NCBI GenBank assembly: GCA_951406725.2
Contig: OX597820.1
Location: 47,058,001 to 47,122,000, forward strand
Source: Octopus vulgaris
Taxonomy: Eukaryota
Direction of reading: 5' to 3'
DNA: 64,000 nt
Shown here: positions 1 to 15,727 of the stretch, in pieces
Numbering within the stretch: position 1 is the first letter of the stretch
Layout of the letters: every line of letters begins with the position of its first letter
Program-made: the position numbers and the translations under genes
The notes under the pieces: model-generated
The model's database searches: none
Told to the model about the DNA's origin: nothing
What the model saw: only the letters and a program-made list of their open reading frames with translations

Positions 1-711
1 TTGTCATAAGTAGTTATAAGGTGTATACGCTGTCTCTGTATAGCAAACGGTGGCGACACTCCTGGAGAGCCAGTAATAAACAGGTTAACCTAGTCGTGTT
101 GTTCGCCGATTGGTCCTGCAGAGAAAACCCTGTGTATTAACCATGGGATCTATTTACACAGCGAGGTTAAATGTCTGTTTATCAAACATTCGCATGTATG
201 CTTATTTATAATTCATACACAATACAGACAAGCTGTCCTCGTATTTTAATTTATATATATGTATATATGTGTGTACATATGTTGGTGAGTGTGTGTCTGG
301 GTGTCTATGTATATATGTGTATTTTCACTGTGGGTCGTTCTCAAGATAAATGATGAACACCTACGTTACATTCCAATTCCCTGCAACTCTTTTTTAAAAG
401 CTATTATTTAATCGCAAGCAACAGATATTTCTCACAACATTTTGTCATTAACCGTACAGAAAAATATCTTCCATGTTGTGCACACAAATAAGGCTTTGAA
501 TCAGAGATCAATGAAACAGGAAAACTCTGACGAAAACATAATGCGAGTTAAATATAACTGTAAATAGAATAAAATTTGTCCTCTTTTTATATCAACTTTT
601 TCGCAAAGGAACTCTGCTTTCGCTGCATAGCTTCATAAGCAAATTTGTTTCACAGGAGCTATGAATTAGCAATGAATTTCTCTCTCTCTCTCTCTCTCTT
701 TATGCATGTAC

Positions 712-783
<72 letters not shown>

Positions 784-800
784 ATATGTATATATCTCCT

Positions 801-835
801 CTTCCTGATGAAGAACCATGCTCGAAACGTTATAC
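801..835 (+). ncRNA. Degenerate minimal hammerhead ribozyme motif in a TA-flanked Penelope-like pseudo-LTR fragment
   Basis: CTGATGA-A-GAAC-CAT-GCTC-GAAAC-GTTA. Same layout as the copies at 3515, 8535 and 24181. Stem I is not evident. Confidence 0.45.
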
Positions 836-916
836 ACACCCACTCTTTTTTCCATCTTTTGTTATTTTATGGTTTTGTTATTTTATTTTCGATTTGCCAA
901 TATGTATGTATGTATG

Positions 917-950
<34 letters not shown>

Positions 951-1423
951 TGTATGTATATGTCTGTTTGTATGTATCGACTGTTTGTTTAATTTTGTCA
1001 AACGGTAAATCATTTGTTTTGTTTTTGTTTCTCAAAACTCTTTCGTTGCTACTTGCAACCTTTTCAATGACTTTCCCGCAAAAAATATATATATAAACTA
1101 GCGGAAGCTTCGAAGTTACTGTCAGTACCGTTCTTCTTAAAGAATAATCATTTTTTACTCTACTAAATGTATTGAGTAATCATTAAGTTTAATGTAAACT
1201 GGGCATTTTTTTTTTGGCTATAACATAAAGACAAACGAGAGCTACAGGGTTCGATACCCTGTAGAGGGATCACTTTTCCAGTCTCCTTAGAGTACTTCCC
1301 CGATTTTCTCAGCTGTTTCCACAGCCATTCTGCGTTCGAGAATCCCTTTCTTTTCTGTAGAATAGTAACTCACTAAACGCTTCACGTACTAAGTTCAAAT
1401 TCTGCTAAAATTAACTTATATGC

Positions 1424-1897
<474 letters not shown>

Positions 1898-1929
1898 AAC
1901 AAGCAAAAGAATAAAAGAATATTTATATA

Positions 1930-2347
1930 GGCGCGGGCGTGGCTGTGTGGTAAGAAACTTGCTTCCCAACCATATGGTTCCGTGTTCAGTCCCATGGTGT
2001 GGCACCTTGGGCAAATGCCTTTTGCTTTAGCCTCGGGCCTATTAAAGCCTTGTGAGTGGATTTGATAGACGAAAACTGATAGAAGCCCGTCGTATACATA
2101 ATACATACATATATATATATATGTATGTTTATATGTGAGTCTTTGTATTTGTGTTTGTCCCCCCCACCCACCCGTCTTTGATCGGCAACCGATGTTGGTG
2201 CGTTTACATCCCCGTAACTGAAAGGTTTGGCAAGAGATATCGCTAGAATAAGTGCCGGGCTTCCAAAGAATAAGTCTTGGTGTCGATTACTTCGACTAGA
2301 AGGCGGTACTCCAGCATGACCGTAGTCAAAATGACTGAAACAAGTAA

Positions 2348-2350
<3 letters not shown>
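1930..2350 (+). mobile_element. SINE family A, full-length diverged copy
   Basis: GGCGCGGGCGTGGCTGTGTGGTAAG head through the ATGACTGAAACAAGTAAAA tail. Confidence 0.9.
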
Positions 2351-2387
<37 letters not shown>

Positions 2388-2457
2388 TTTTGGATCTGGT
2401 TTGCAAGATTCATTATGTGAGTTCGTGTGTTGAAGCATATTTTGCTATGACTGGTGG

Positions 2458-2620
2458 GAGTCATGCTCTTTTAGTGCCTTATTACCCAACCCACGCACCG
2501 GTTTAGTTTCCACTCATTTACTTATTTTTTTCTAAAATTTTAGAAAAAAATAAATGAGTGGAAACTAAATCTGTATGTTAGATAATAAGGCATAAGGCAC
2601 TAAAAGGGAATGACTCTCCA
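2458..2620. repeat. Imperfect palindrome / fold-back between (TA)n tracts
   Basis: TTTAGTTTCCACTCATTTA...TTCTAAAA|TTTTAGAA...TAAATGAGTGGAAACTAAA, with outer arms CTTTTAGTGCCTTAT / ATAAGGCACTAAAAG. Confidence 0.8.
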
Positions 2621-2624
2621 AGAC

Positions 2625-2685
<61 letters not shown>

Positions 2686-2758
2686 CAGACAGATATATAG
2701 CTCGAGAGACAGACAGACAGACAGACAGACAGGCAGACAGACAGACAGACAGACAGAC

Positions 2759-2798
<40 letters not shown>

Positions 2799-3345
2799 GC
2801 ACGTGCTATGTATGCATGCGAACAAGCAAGCGTGCGTGTGTGTGTGTGAATCACAGTGAGAAGGAAGTCAAAACGAACGTAAAAGAATGTGACCAGATGT
2901 CGAAAATATCTTCGCCTACTCAGACACACATATACATACATAAACGCCTCCACATACGCACACACATGTAAGCATGTACGCATACAGATACGCATGTGCA
3001 CATGTAGCTCACGTTTTTTTTTTTTTTTTGTATTTGGTTGGTAGACATCTTGAGGGATAGGTCATGCTAACTTAACAAAGAACTTTGAGAGGAAAAGTTC
3101 ATTTTCACAGACTTAGACAAGACTAATAATAAAATAAAGGAACTGTAACGAGACAACAGCAGTAACAAAACTTACATAAAGAGTAATATAGCAAACAAGA
3201 CACTCACACGCATACACATATGCGCACACATACGCAAACACACACTCATACACACATGAACAAATACACTCATCTATCTGTCTATCTATCTGTCTATCTA
3301 TCTATCTGTCTGTTTATCTGTCTGTTTGTCTGTTTATATGTATGT

Positions 3346-3428
<83 letters not shown>

Positions 3429-3514
3429 GGGAGAATTCACAAAAAAATAAAAAGACGTAGACAGGTGGTGTAGACAACAAACAAATGTATTAGTATAACG
3501 CTCGGGATGTGAAA

Positions 3515-3556
3515 GAGTCTTTAAAGTTTCGAGCCTACGCTCTTCGACAGAAAGGA
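3515..3556 (-). ncRNA. Minimal hammerhead-like motif (variant core)
   Basis: Minus strand reads CTTT-CTGTCGA-A-GAGC-GTAG-GCTC-GAAAC-TTT-AAAG. Stems I and II pair, but the core is non-canonical. Confidence 0.45.
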
Positions 3557-3612
3557 ACACAGAAAGAAAGAAGGAGAGAAAATAAAGAATGTGTAGTGGC
3601 TAGCGATATACA

Positions 3613-3706
<94 letters not shown>

Positions 3707-4029
3707 TGTATACCTATATGTGTACATTTGTATATATATGCGTATTTACGTGTGTGTATATAATGTTCTTGCGCGTATATATATATATGCGTATGTGTGC
3801 ATGTTTGTGTGTACTTGTATATTTATATATGTATATATATATATATGTGTATATGTGTACGTGAGTGTGTGCCTATACATACACACGCACACGCACACAC
3901 ACATATTAGAGGGTGTATACAAGGAAATTTATAACAATCCAGAGAAAGATGGATGAGGTAGTGGTATACAATTGTCTCCAATTTTGGCCGAAGGCCAGCC
4001 ATTGGTGAGTGGTTGTGAGGCCTTTGTCG

Positions 4030-4930
4030 ATTACGCCAACCTCACCACGCATCTGAAACTACATTTTCTCAACCCTGGAAGGATAAAAGAAAAAGTTGAT
4101 TTTGGCAGAATTTGAACTTAGTACGTAAAGAGCCAAAACAAACACCGCAAGGCATTTGTCCAACGTTCTAATGACATTGACTATCGCCCACATAGACTAA
4201 TATGATAAAATTTATTTTCAGCTGAAAAGACAAAAAATGTAAGTTGGTTTTATGTTTAGACTATAAAAGAAATTAATGAATCATGGTTATGCAATACAAG
4301 TTTATAATTCTTTCCACAATAGGCACAGAGCCTAAAACTTGGGGATCGATTACCCTCTCTCTCAGTGCTCAACCGAGTACTTATCTTATCGACCCAAAAA
4401 GGATGAAAAGGAATGTCGACCTCGGTGGAATTTGAAGTCAGGACGTAAAGCCGGAAGAAATACCTATTTCTTTACTACCCACAAGAGGCTAAACACAGAG
4501 AGGACAAACAAGGACAGACAAACGGATTAAGTCGATTATATCGATCCCAGTGCGTAACTGGTACTTATTTAATCGACCCCGAAAGGATGAAAGACAAAGT
4601 CGACCCCGGCGGAATTTGAACTCAGAACGTAGCGGTAGACGAAATACCGCTAAGCATTTCGCCCGGTGTGCTAACGTTTCTGCTAGTTTGCCACCTTTCA
4701 ATGCAAGCTAATAATCCTTTCTACTATAGGCACAAGGCCTGAAATGTTGTAAAAAGAGGAAATCAATTACATCAACCACGGTGCTCAGCTGGAACTTATT
4801 TTATCGACACGAAAGGATGAAATACAAAGTTGACCAGGGCTACATTTATACTCAGAACGTAAAGCCGGAAGGAATACAGCTAAGCATTTTGTCCGGTGTG
4901 CTAACGATTCTGCCAGCTCGTAGCCTTAAT
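4030..4930 (-). mobile_element. Cluster of about 4 tandem/nested copies of SINE family B
   Basis: Repeated GGATGAAAG.CAAAGTCGACC.CGGCGGAATTTGAACTCAGAACGTA...CTAACG segments. These are the reverse complement of the copies at 50088, 57121 and 63698. Confidence 0.85.
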
Positions 4931-5049
4931 GCAAAGTTAAAGATAGAAAAGAAATATTTGATTTAGTAGGAACGTGTAACAGTATTATACAAGAAAGTTC
5001 AGCAATAATACGTTGAATATGAAAAATACATTAATAATAGAAAACCACT

Positions 5050-5820
5050 TAATTGTTAGGCATATATTATTACAAACTGTTTGGTGCGAGTCAGTCTGGC
5101 GATCAGCCGTTAGACATTTTAAAATAATTTATTGGAAATTTTTTTCCATGGAGGAAATAAATATCAGATCTGAACGGGTTTTGAGATTATGATTAAGATT
5201 TCTAAAGTTACCGATGTTTGTAATGTATTTTTTTGGTAAAGAAAATATTCTGTGTATATTACAAACATCGTTAACTTGATTATAAGTTTATTATTATAGC
5301 TTATTTCTTTCATTCATTTTTTTTTTCCAAAAGATCTTTCGGGATTCCTGAAAGTATACTTATGTTGATTGTTTCATGTTATTAAAAAGATTTTCAATAA
5401 CATCGTTGTAACCATTAAAAGCTGAATCATTAAATGTAGATGCATTCGGACAATTTACATGGATTAAATAATATCAACAATAAAATTATGATAAAGATTT
5501 CTAAGCAAATTTTACTGTGCAACTAAATCTAAGATTATTTCTTGAAAAAAGTATGTCTATAACATTTCGAATAATACTTATCTTCTAAGTTAAAGAAATG
5601 ATTGGCGATTCCTCGTTTCCAATGAACGGAGCATTAAACCAAATACTTCTATGTTTCTGCTTCTTCCGTATCTGAGAATTGATATTATTATAGTTTATAT
5701 TATAAATATCATCTTTAAAAGTATTGCGTTTAACGCTGAGCATAAGGGCCCACTTTGTTAAATTTAAGATGAAATCAGATGAATAATGAATCGTATTACA
5801 TTTTTTCATAAACGCCAGGC
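5050..5820 (-). pseudogene. Highly degenerate Penelope-like element ORF fragment (RT-EN linker)
   Basis: RKKQKHRSIWFNAPF resembles the RKRxIIWFNPPF linker of Penelope-like elements. Compare KRKHRNRK in the 52.3 kb copy. Confidence 0.5.
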
Positions 5821-5842
5821 GAATGGGTTGAAGTAATATATT

Positions 5843-5886
<44 letters not shown>

Positions 5887-6013
5887 TGTAAATAGAAAGA
5901 TGAATAATCTTGTAGTAGATTAATCAAAAGTTTCGCCATGGGCTCTTAGGAGCACAGTTCGATTTGTTTTTGCTCCGCCTCTGTTCTGTTTTTGTTTTTC
6001 CAACGGATTTCCT

Positions 6014-6102
6014 TTTTCTTCCTGAAGAGAAAGACACAATATGGTCCCATTATTCAATCGGATTTGGTAATTTGTGCCTTTCGAAACACGTGTAGAATGA
6101 AA
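6014..6102 (+). ncRNA. Type I hammerhead ribozyme with extended stem II
   Basis: TTTCTTC-CTGAAGA-GAAAGACACAA...TTGTGCCTTTC-GAAAC-ACGT-GTA-GAATGAAA. Canonical core, palindromic stem III, GUA cleavage triplet. Confidence 0.7.
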
Positions 6103-6153
6103 TAAAACGATTTCTGTTCAATCTGCGTTCATTTCTTCAATTCACCAATAATG

Positions 6154-6206
<53 letters not shown>

Positions 6207-6210
<4 letters not shown>

Positions 6211-6360
6211 AACACTTAGTACAAAACTATATGGCACTCTAGGTATAACACCAACACGAACTTCCAGCCAGTTGTCTCTTGAGGTCTCTGAGTGAGACTT
6301 GGAGCCAGCTTGTGCAAATGTAAAGCAAAAGTCAAACATGGAATAATAATAATAATAATT
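6207..6360 (+). mobile_element. Isolated 3' UTR of an R4/Dong-type LINE ending in (AAT)n
   Basis: Matches the reverse complement of 61610-61730 (GAACTTCCA.CC.GTTGTCTCTTGA...AAAGCAAAAGTCAAACAT.GAATAAT). Confidence 0.75.
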
Positions 6361-7020
6361 CGAAGAAGCAACAGAGTGACTCAAAGGTCGAGAGTTTCGT
6401 ACTTTATATACACACACACACAGATACACTCTTACTGTGAAATGAGTTCCAGGAGCACACCACTGCTTGAACACATTCTTTTTGAAGAAGGGTGGAAGTT
6501 ATTGTAAAGATGATATTGTGAGGGTGTTATTGGTAGTGGTGATGTTGATAGGGAAGCAGTGGTTGTGTTGGTGGTGGTGCTGGTGGTGGTAGTAGTGGTG
6601 GTAGTGGTAGTGGTGGTGGTAGTAGTGGTGGTGGTGGTAGTGGTGATGGCGGTAGTTGTGGTGGTGGCGGTAGTGGTGATGGTGGTAGTAATAATAGTGT
6701 TAATGTTTATGGTGGTGGTGGTGATGGTGCTACTGCTGCTGCTGCTGGAGGTTGTAGTGGTAGTGGTGGTGATAGTGGTAGTGCTGGTGGTAGTGGTGGT
6801 GATGATGGTGGTGGTATGGGGGTGCGTTGAACTGTTGGGAAATAGTGATAGTGGAGGTTCTACCGCTATTCACGCCGTTGGTTTATTTCCTATTCATCAT
6901 CATCATAATCACCATCATTCGCCAGCAAAGACTCTACAACCGTTTTGTCCTCATCGCAATCATCCGCACCCTAATACCACCGCCATCTTTATCAACGTTA
7001 AATAGTAACTCCCCGTGTGT

Positions 7021-7071
<51 letters not shown>

Positions 7072-7202
7072 CGTGCGTGTGCGTGCGTGTTATTTGTGTG
7101 ATTGCATTCTTGTCTGTAGCAATGTGCATCTTTACATCATACAATGGTAAGTAAACACACATATGTACATACATATAGAAATATGGACGATATATATATA
7201 TA

Positions 7203-7244
7203 TGAGTGGATTTGGTAGACGGAAACTGAAAGAAGCCCGTCGTA

Positions 7245-7299
<55 letters not shown>

Positions 7300-7515
7300 G
7301 CGTATTTGTGTGTCTGTGTTTGTCCTCCCAACATCACTTGACAACCGATGCTGGTGTGTTTACGTCCCCGTAACTTAGCGGTTCGGCAAAAAAAAGACCG
7401 ATAAAATAAGTACTTGGCTTACAAAGAATAAGTCCTGGGGTCGATTTGATCGACTAAAGGCGGTGCTCCAGCATGGCCACAGCCACCTGACTGAAACAAG
7501 TAAAAGAGTAAAAGA
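7203..7515 (+). mobile_element. SINE family A, 5'-truncated
   Basis: Runs from TGAGTGGATTTGGTAGACGG to the ACTGAAACAAGTAAAAGAGT tail. Confidence 0.9.
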
Positions 7516-8089
7516 GTATACATATAATATATATAATGTGTGCGCGTGCGTAGCTGTGTGGCTGTGAGTGTATGTATCGGTGTGTATGTGTATGTGTATG
7601 TGCGCGCGCGTGCGCAACATCAGTGTAAGCCTCTGCGAGAACGTTTTAAAAGCGAACGAAAGAGAAAACACAAGCTGTGACAGACACACAAGGCACACAC
7701 AACCACTAGCACATGCCAGGCCACTTGTCTATCATATTACACAACTCCTTGCACATAACCACGCGCCCACCGAGTCGTCTAGCCAGAGCGGGAAGGGGCG
7801 TTGAATTGTGGGACTGTAAGAAGGCTGGAGAGGTAAGGGAGTGAGGGTTAAGGGTGTCAGTGTGGATTATACATTTAATATAGGTCAGGGTCCTTAAATC
7901 TCCTGCTTCACTTTACACATTCTATCACAATACACCCGATGTATACAATTCGCATATGCTGTAACTGTGTAAGCCGCTATATTATATACACAAAACATAG
8001 ATCATAATATACACCACTGAACGAGTCAGTCGGAACAATATTTGAAATTGCTAACATTTTCACAGTGCTCTATAGGATGTGTAGATAAA

Positions 8090-8314
<225 letters not shown>

Positions 8315-8534
8315 GCATATATTTGTGTGTGTGTGTGTGTGTGTGCATTTATTTATATATGTTCACTTCTGTTTTTAGTTACTTAAATTCTTCCTCTGAG
8401 GAAGGGGCCGGTTTCTAACAAAAGTCTTGCACACACACACACACACACATGCACACACACACATGCGCGGGCACACTCACATCATGTTGAACCCTTAATC
8501 CCTACACATTTTCCTCCATTTTTCCCGCTCAACC

Positions 8535-8575
8535 GTTCCTATTGAAGAGCATAGGCTCGAAACGTCAAAGACTTT
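8535..8575 (+). ncRNA. Degenerate minimal hammerhead-like motif
   Basis: CTATTGA-A-GAGC-ATAG-GCTC-GAAAC-GTC-AAAG. Same family as 3515-3556. Confidence 0.35.
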
Positions 8576-8833
8576 TTCCCTTTTTTCCTCACCTATCTTC
8601 GTCTGTAAATTTGAATTCCATTCAAACACACGTATCTTCAAAAGTGAAAATATTATTCACGTAACGCAACGCACTCCATATTTTTTACCTACACACACAT
8701 ACACACACACACACACATGCACACACATACAGTAATACTTCACTTTATGTGGATCCGCTTTACGAGACCTCGGGTTTAAGGGTTATATTTTATAATAAAT
8801 ATATACAGGTTAAATAGCCATTTTGTGTATGTG

Positions 8834-9020
8834 ACAACGTCGCAACATGTGGCAACGTCGCAACATGTGGCAACGTCGCAACATGTGGCAACGTCACAAC
8901 ATGTGGTAACGTCGCAACATGTGGCAACGGCGCAACATGTTGCAACGTCGCAACATGTGGCAACGTCGCAAACATGTGGCAACGCCGCAACATGTGGCAA
9001 CGTCGCAACATGTGGCAACA
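8834..9020 (+). repeat. 18-bp minisatellite GCAACGTCGCAACATGTG, about 10 copies
   Basis: Head-to-tail units with no spacers. Confidence 0.9.
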
Positions 9021-9192
9021 CAAGTTCTCACGGGTCTACACAGCAACTGAATAAAATGAGGACATCAAATTTCATTGCTGTTATTAGAAAATTATTGCTC
9101 TGCTTACGAGTTTTCGCTTTACGAGCGATCTCCGGGAGCATCTCAAGTCGTATATCAAGGCATTACTATATATTCATATGTATATTTATATA

Positions 9193-9605
9193 GGCGCAGG
9201 AGTGGCTGTGTGGTAAGTAGCTTGCTTTCCAACCACATGGTTTCGGGTTCAGTCCCACTGCGTGGCATCGTGGGCAAGTGTCTTCTATTATAGCCTCGGG
9301 CCGACCAAAGCCTTGTGAGTGGATTTGGTAGACGGAAACTCAAAGAAGCCCGTCGTATAAATGTATATATATGTGGGTGTGTGTATGTTTGTGTGTCCGT
9401 GTTTGTCCCCCCTAGAATTGCTTGACTACCGATGCTGGTGTGTTTATGTCCCCGTCACTTAGCGGTTCACAAAATAGACCGATAGAATAAGTACAAGGCT
9501 TCCAAAGAATAAGTCCCGGAGTCGATTTGCTCGACTAAAGGCGGTGCTCCAGCATGGCCGCAGTCAAATGACTGAAACAAATAAAAGAGTAAAAGCGTAA
9601 AGAGT
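9193..9605 (+). mobile_element. SINE family A, full length
   Basis: GGCGCAGGAGTGGCTGTGTGGTAAG head through the AAAAGAGT tail. Confidence 0.92.
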
Positions 9606-10039
9606 ATATAATATGATACGGCTTTTCTTATCGTTCGTTTAGACAAATTCGTGACTGGCGACAATGAATCTGTTATACATTGTGTTAAATGCATATTTTG
9701 CGCATCTCACCCTTGCCCAACTTCTGAGGATAAATTGTCAGCTTAAGGTATCTGCTTTACTTTCCGTATCTTATAAAACATTATGAAGGGACGACTAGCT
9801 CTGTAATTAGTCGTACATATATTAGCGCAAGCGGCTAATCTGATGATAAATGATGGTGAATTAATAAACGTTGATATAACTTGTATGATGAGTGAGACTG
9901 ATTAGCTAAAGTTAATTACTATTTACAAAGTTCATTAAAGCAAAGATTAAATTAAATACCCTAGTCATTAATATATTCCCCCCTAAATATTATCGATGTT
10001 TTATAACGCTGGAATAAATTTCGGAGTCCACTGTTCAAT

Positions 10040-11690
<1,651 letters not shown>

Positions 11691-12096
11691 AAATAAAACA
11701 CTATTGGTCTCATATAATAATTAATGCCTTGATAATAATAAACCATCTCACATTGAAACCTTTCACCGATAATGACATGTAATTACTCATTGCTAACGTT
11801 AAACACATATAACTAATAGGATTGTTACAGATTAATTTGTGGTTTAATAAACATGCATACGTTCCACCTACGTTGGAATTTCTGACCAACGGGAGTCTAA
11901 ATATGTCGACAATGGGGCTTGATTCCAAGTGACAGAAAAACATATGAATCACTGTGAAGTACCGAAAATAGACTTACTATAAATATCTTATAATTATACA
12001 CTGAATATAGATTCTCTTCCTCTCTCTCTATCTCTCTCTCTTTATCGCTTTATGCATACATACGTACATACATACATACATACATACATACATACA

Positions 12097-12175
<79 letters not shown>

Positions 12176-12176
12176 G

Positions 12177-12224
<48 letters not shown>

Positions 12225-12279
12225 CACACACACACATATATATATACATATATATATATACATACACACATATATATAT

Positions 12280-12335
<56 letters not shown>

Positions 12336-12572
12336 GTGTGTGTATGTGTGTAAGTGTGTGTGTGTGTGTAACGCTTATAAATGGATGCTGCGAATAAGGA
12401 TGTGATAAATAGAGTCGCTATAAATACAGATACATAGGATAGACTATGAGCATGTCCACAATTATATATATGCACGTGTATCTGCTTACGATTTCATATA
12501 AGAGTGTGTGTGTATGTGTGTGTGGTTGTGCGAGAGAGAAAGAGAATGAAAGAGACAGAAAGGAATAGAGAG

Positions 12573-12612
<40 letters not shown>

Positions 12613-13065
12613 TGTGTGTGAGCACGCGGGTGCATTTGTGTGTGTGTGTAAGCACGCGCATGTATTTGTGTGTGTGTCTATGTGTGTGTCTATGTTTGTC
12701 TGTATGTGTCTGTGTATTTATGGTCGCTTTCTCCTTTAATTCTTTGAATTCTTCCGATAAGAAGGAGGCTGGTTTCTAAGAAAAATAGTTTCTATCAAAG
12801 GAATTCAGATAATAGCAGTGCATAAATACATATTAAGGTTAATTTTAGAAAAGTCTTGCATACTTTTACTATTCCACTTGTAGAATGAATTTACATGGAA
12901 ACCCTTTCTTTCTAACATCACTGCTTAAAAAATAAAAAAATTTTCAATAATTTAACGTAGATATGTAACTTTATGATTTGGCTCGAAAATTTGTGGGTTT
13001 TGATGCATTTTACTGTATATGTATGTCCTCTTTCTCACTAGTATGAATGAACTGTTCTCACCTAT

Positions 13066-13476
13066 GCATGTATGTATGTATGTATGTATGTATGTATGTA
13101 TGTATGTATGGATGGATGGATGGATGGATGGATGGATGGATGGATGGATGGATGTGTGTTTATGTATGTATGTATGGATGGATGGATGGTTGCATGGATA
13201 CATGTATGTATGTATGTATGTATGTATGTATGTATGGATGGATGGTTGCATGGATACATGTATGTATGGATGGATGGATGGTTGCATGGATACATGTATG
13301 TATGTATGGTTGCATGGATACATGTATGTATGTATGTATGTATGTATGTATGTATGTATGTATGTATGCATGTATGTATGGATGGATGGTTGCATGGATA
13401 CATGTATGGATGTATGATTGTATGTATGTATGATTGTATGTATGTATGTATGTATGTATGTATGTATGTATGTATG

Positions 13477-13505
<29 letters not shown>
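13066..13505 (+). repeat. Compound (TATG)n/(GATG)n satellite with a recurring GGTTGCATGGATACA higher-order unit
   Basis: Direct reading. Confidence 0.9.
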
Positions 13506-13507
<2 letters not shown>

Positions 13508-14744
13508 GTAGGTAAGTAAGTAAGTATGTGTGCATGTATGTATTTTGGATGCAGCACAGTTGAGTGGTTTAAAAGTTCATTTCAGAAGTACGAGATACCA
13601 GGTTCGATTGCACAGCTAGGCATTTTGGGCAAGCATTTTATTACCATAGCCTCGTACCGACGCAAGACTTCGTGATTTGATTTGACGGAAACAGTTCGGA
13701 ATCTCGTAGGGTGAACTGTACCCTATTTCAAAAGGTCTAACCTTGTCACACTCTGTGAAACTGATTCTACCGGAGAATTTCGTTAATGGTGGACATGTCA
13801 CTGGAGTATTCAGTGTCACACGCTCGTTCAATGTAATTGATTGAACAACTGAGTAGTCATCGTCGAAATCGAAGGAGATCCGCGTATTTTATTTGCTTAT
13901 GTAATGTTTATGTATTTTATCTTTGTGTTTATGTGTGCGTTTGTGCATGTGTGTGCACGTGTATATGCGTTCGTGTATGTGTACCTGTGCATAAATACAC
14001 GGGAAATCACTCCTGGTTCGAACCCCGCTAGCGTAGACAGATCGACAGCCTTTCTCGATCCTGCCACCAACTAAGAACGACATAGACGTTCTTCGTTGGT
14101 GGAACGACTCGTCTGGTTGATTCCTGCTAACTAGCGCCATCGCTTAGCTAGTATGTGCCACCCAGGGCGGTCCTTGAATTTTCCCCATTCCTGTATACGG
14201 ACTTATACAGCAGACCCTAAAGTGAGGCCCCCATAAAAGAGATATTTAGTGTTGACGACTCCCCTCGCTCTGCGCTTGCACAGCTAGCGAGGAGTGACGG
14301 GAGTGGTGTGCCTCGAATGACGCTTGACAGCCGTTGTTGCTTTGTTTGCGTCTCCGTAACTTAGCGGTGTGCGTGTGCGTGTGGGTTGTGTGTGTATTCA
14401 TGAGTGTGTGTCTTTGTGTTTGTGTTGTGGTAGTTCCCTACCACTTGACAACCGTTGTTCCTTTGTTTAGGTCCCATAACCTAGCGGTCCTGCAAAAACA
14501 ACGATAGAATAAATAGACTAAAAAAAGTTCGACTAAATTTGTTCGACTAAACCCCGCAAGGCCAGTATGGCCGTAGTCCAATAACTGAAACAAATAAAAG
14601 ACAAAATATAAAAGATCCGACAAATTGGCAAATAGTCTTTTACCAACATGTTACAGCAACAAGTCTCACAGAGCTATCACTCTACAGTTGTCTCTGCAAT
14701 GTTTCTTGTTCCCCCATCAATCTCCTATTCTAATTCTTCTCTAA

Positions 14745-14823
14745 GCTCCGATGAAGCTATAAGGTGATACACGAACAGTCAACTATGAGAGCATTGCTTC
14801 ATGTAGCAGAAACATCTGCAAGC
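14745..14823 (+). ncRNA. Decayed type I hammerhead-like motif
   Basis: GCT-CCGATGA-A-GCTATA...TGTAGC-A-GAAAC-ATCT-GCA-AGC, with several core deviations. Confidence 0.35.
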
Positions 14824-15569
14824 AAGTGAAATTCATTACATAATTCATTGTACCCTTGTCAATTAAATAATCTCTTATTACACTCTTTATTCTTTTATTC
14901 ATTTCGGTCATTTGACTGCGGCCATGCTGGAGCAGTGCCTTTAGTCGAAGATATCGATCCCAGTGCTCCTTTTTAAGATCGTTTTTTTTTTAAACCACCA
15001 AAGTTTCTTCGCAATAAGACTATCTTAAATTTTCAAAAGTATAAGATAGTTGTTTTAATGATTTTTTCCGGACTGTTAACATCATTGTTATAGTATACAA
15101 TTGCATAATACTCAGACGCACGTGTAAATATGTATGTGTGTGTGTGTGTTTATGTGCGCGCGTATGAATTCTAAGATTTTTCCCACCTTCTTCATAATTA
15201 GCATCAAGCACCAACACTTTCATCATGATCATGGTTATCGTCGTCGTCATCGTCATCATCCTCCTCCTCCACCACATCATCATCATCCTCATCGTAGTCG
15301 TCGTCGTCATCGTAGCCATCACCATCATCCAGTCGTCTCTATAACAACTGAGTCTCTAACCAGGTAAAATATACAACATGACTCAGAAGCCACTTCCACT
15401 TAACAACAAACCAAATTGCTTTGTATTTATAATATACATAAAAGAAAAAAATGCAGAAAGAAAATAGCTTCCCTTATTATTCACTACTACTACTACTACT
15501 ACTACTACTGCTGCTACTACTACTACTACTACCACCACCACCACCACCACCACCACCACCACCACCACC

Positions 15570-15602
<33 letters not shown>

Positions 15603-15678
15603 GTTACTTTCCTCTTTTTTCTTTGTCCTCTTTCTCTCTTACACACACAAACACACTTTCCATCTCCCTCTCTTTCTT

Positions 15679-15727
<49 letters not shown>

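Noticed and set aside
8834-9020. CRISPR-like array
   Set aside because: Contiguous tandem units with no unique spacers, no cas genes, and a eukaryotic context.
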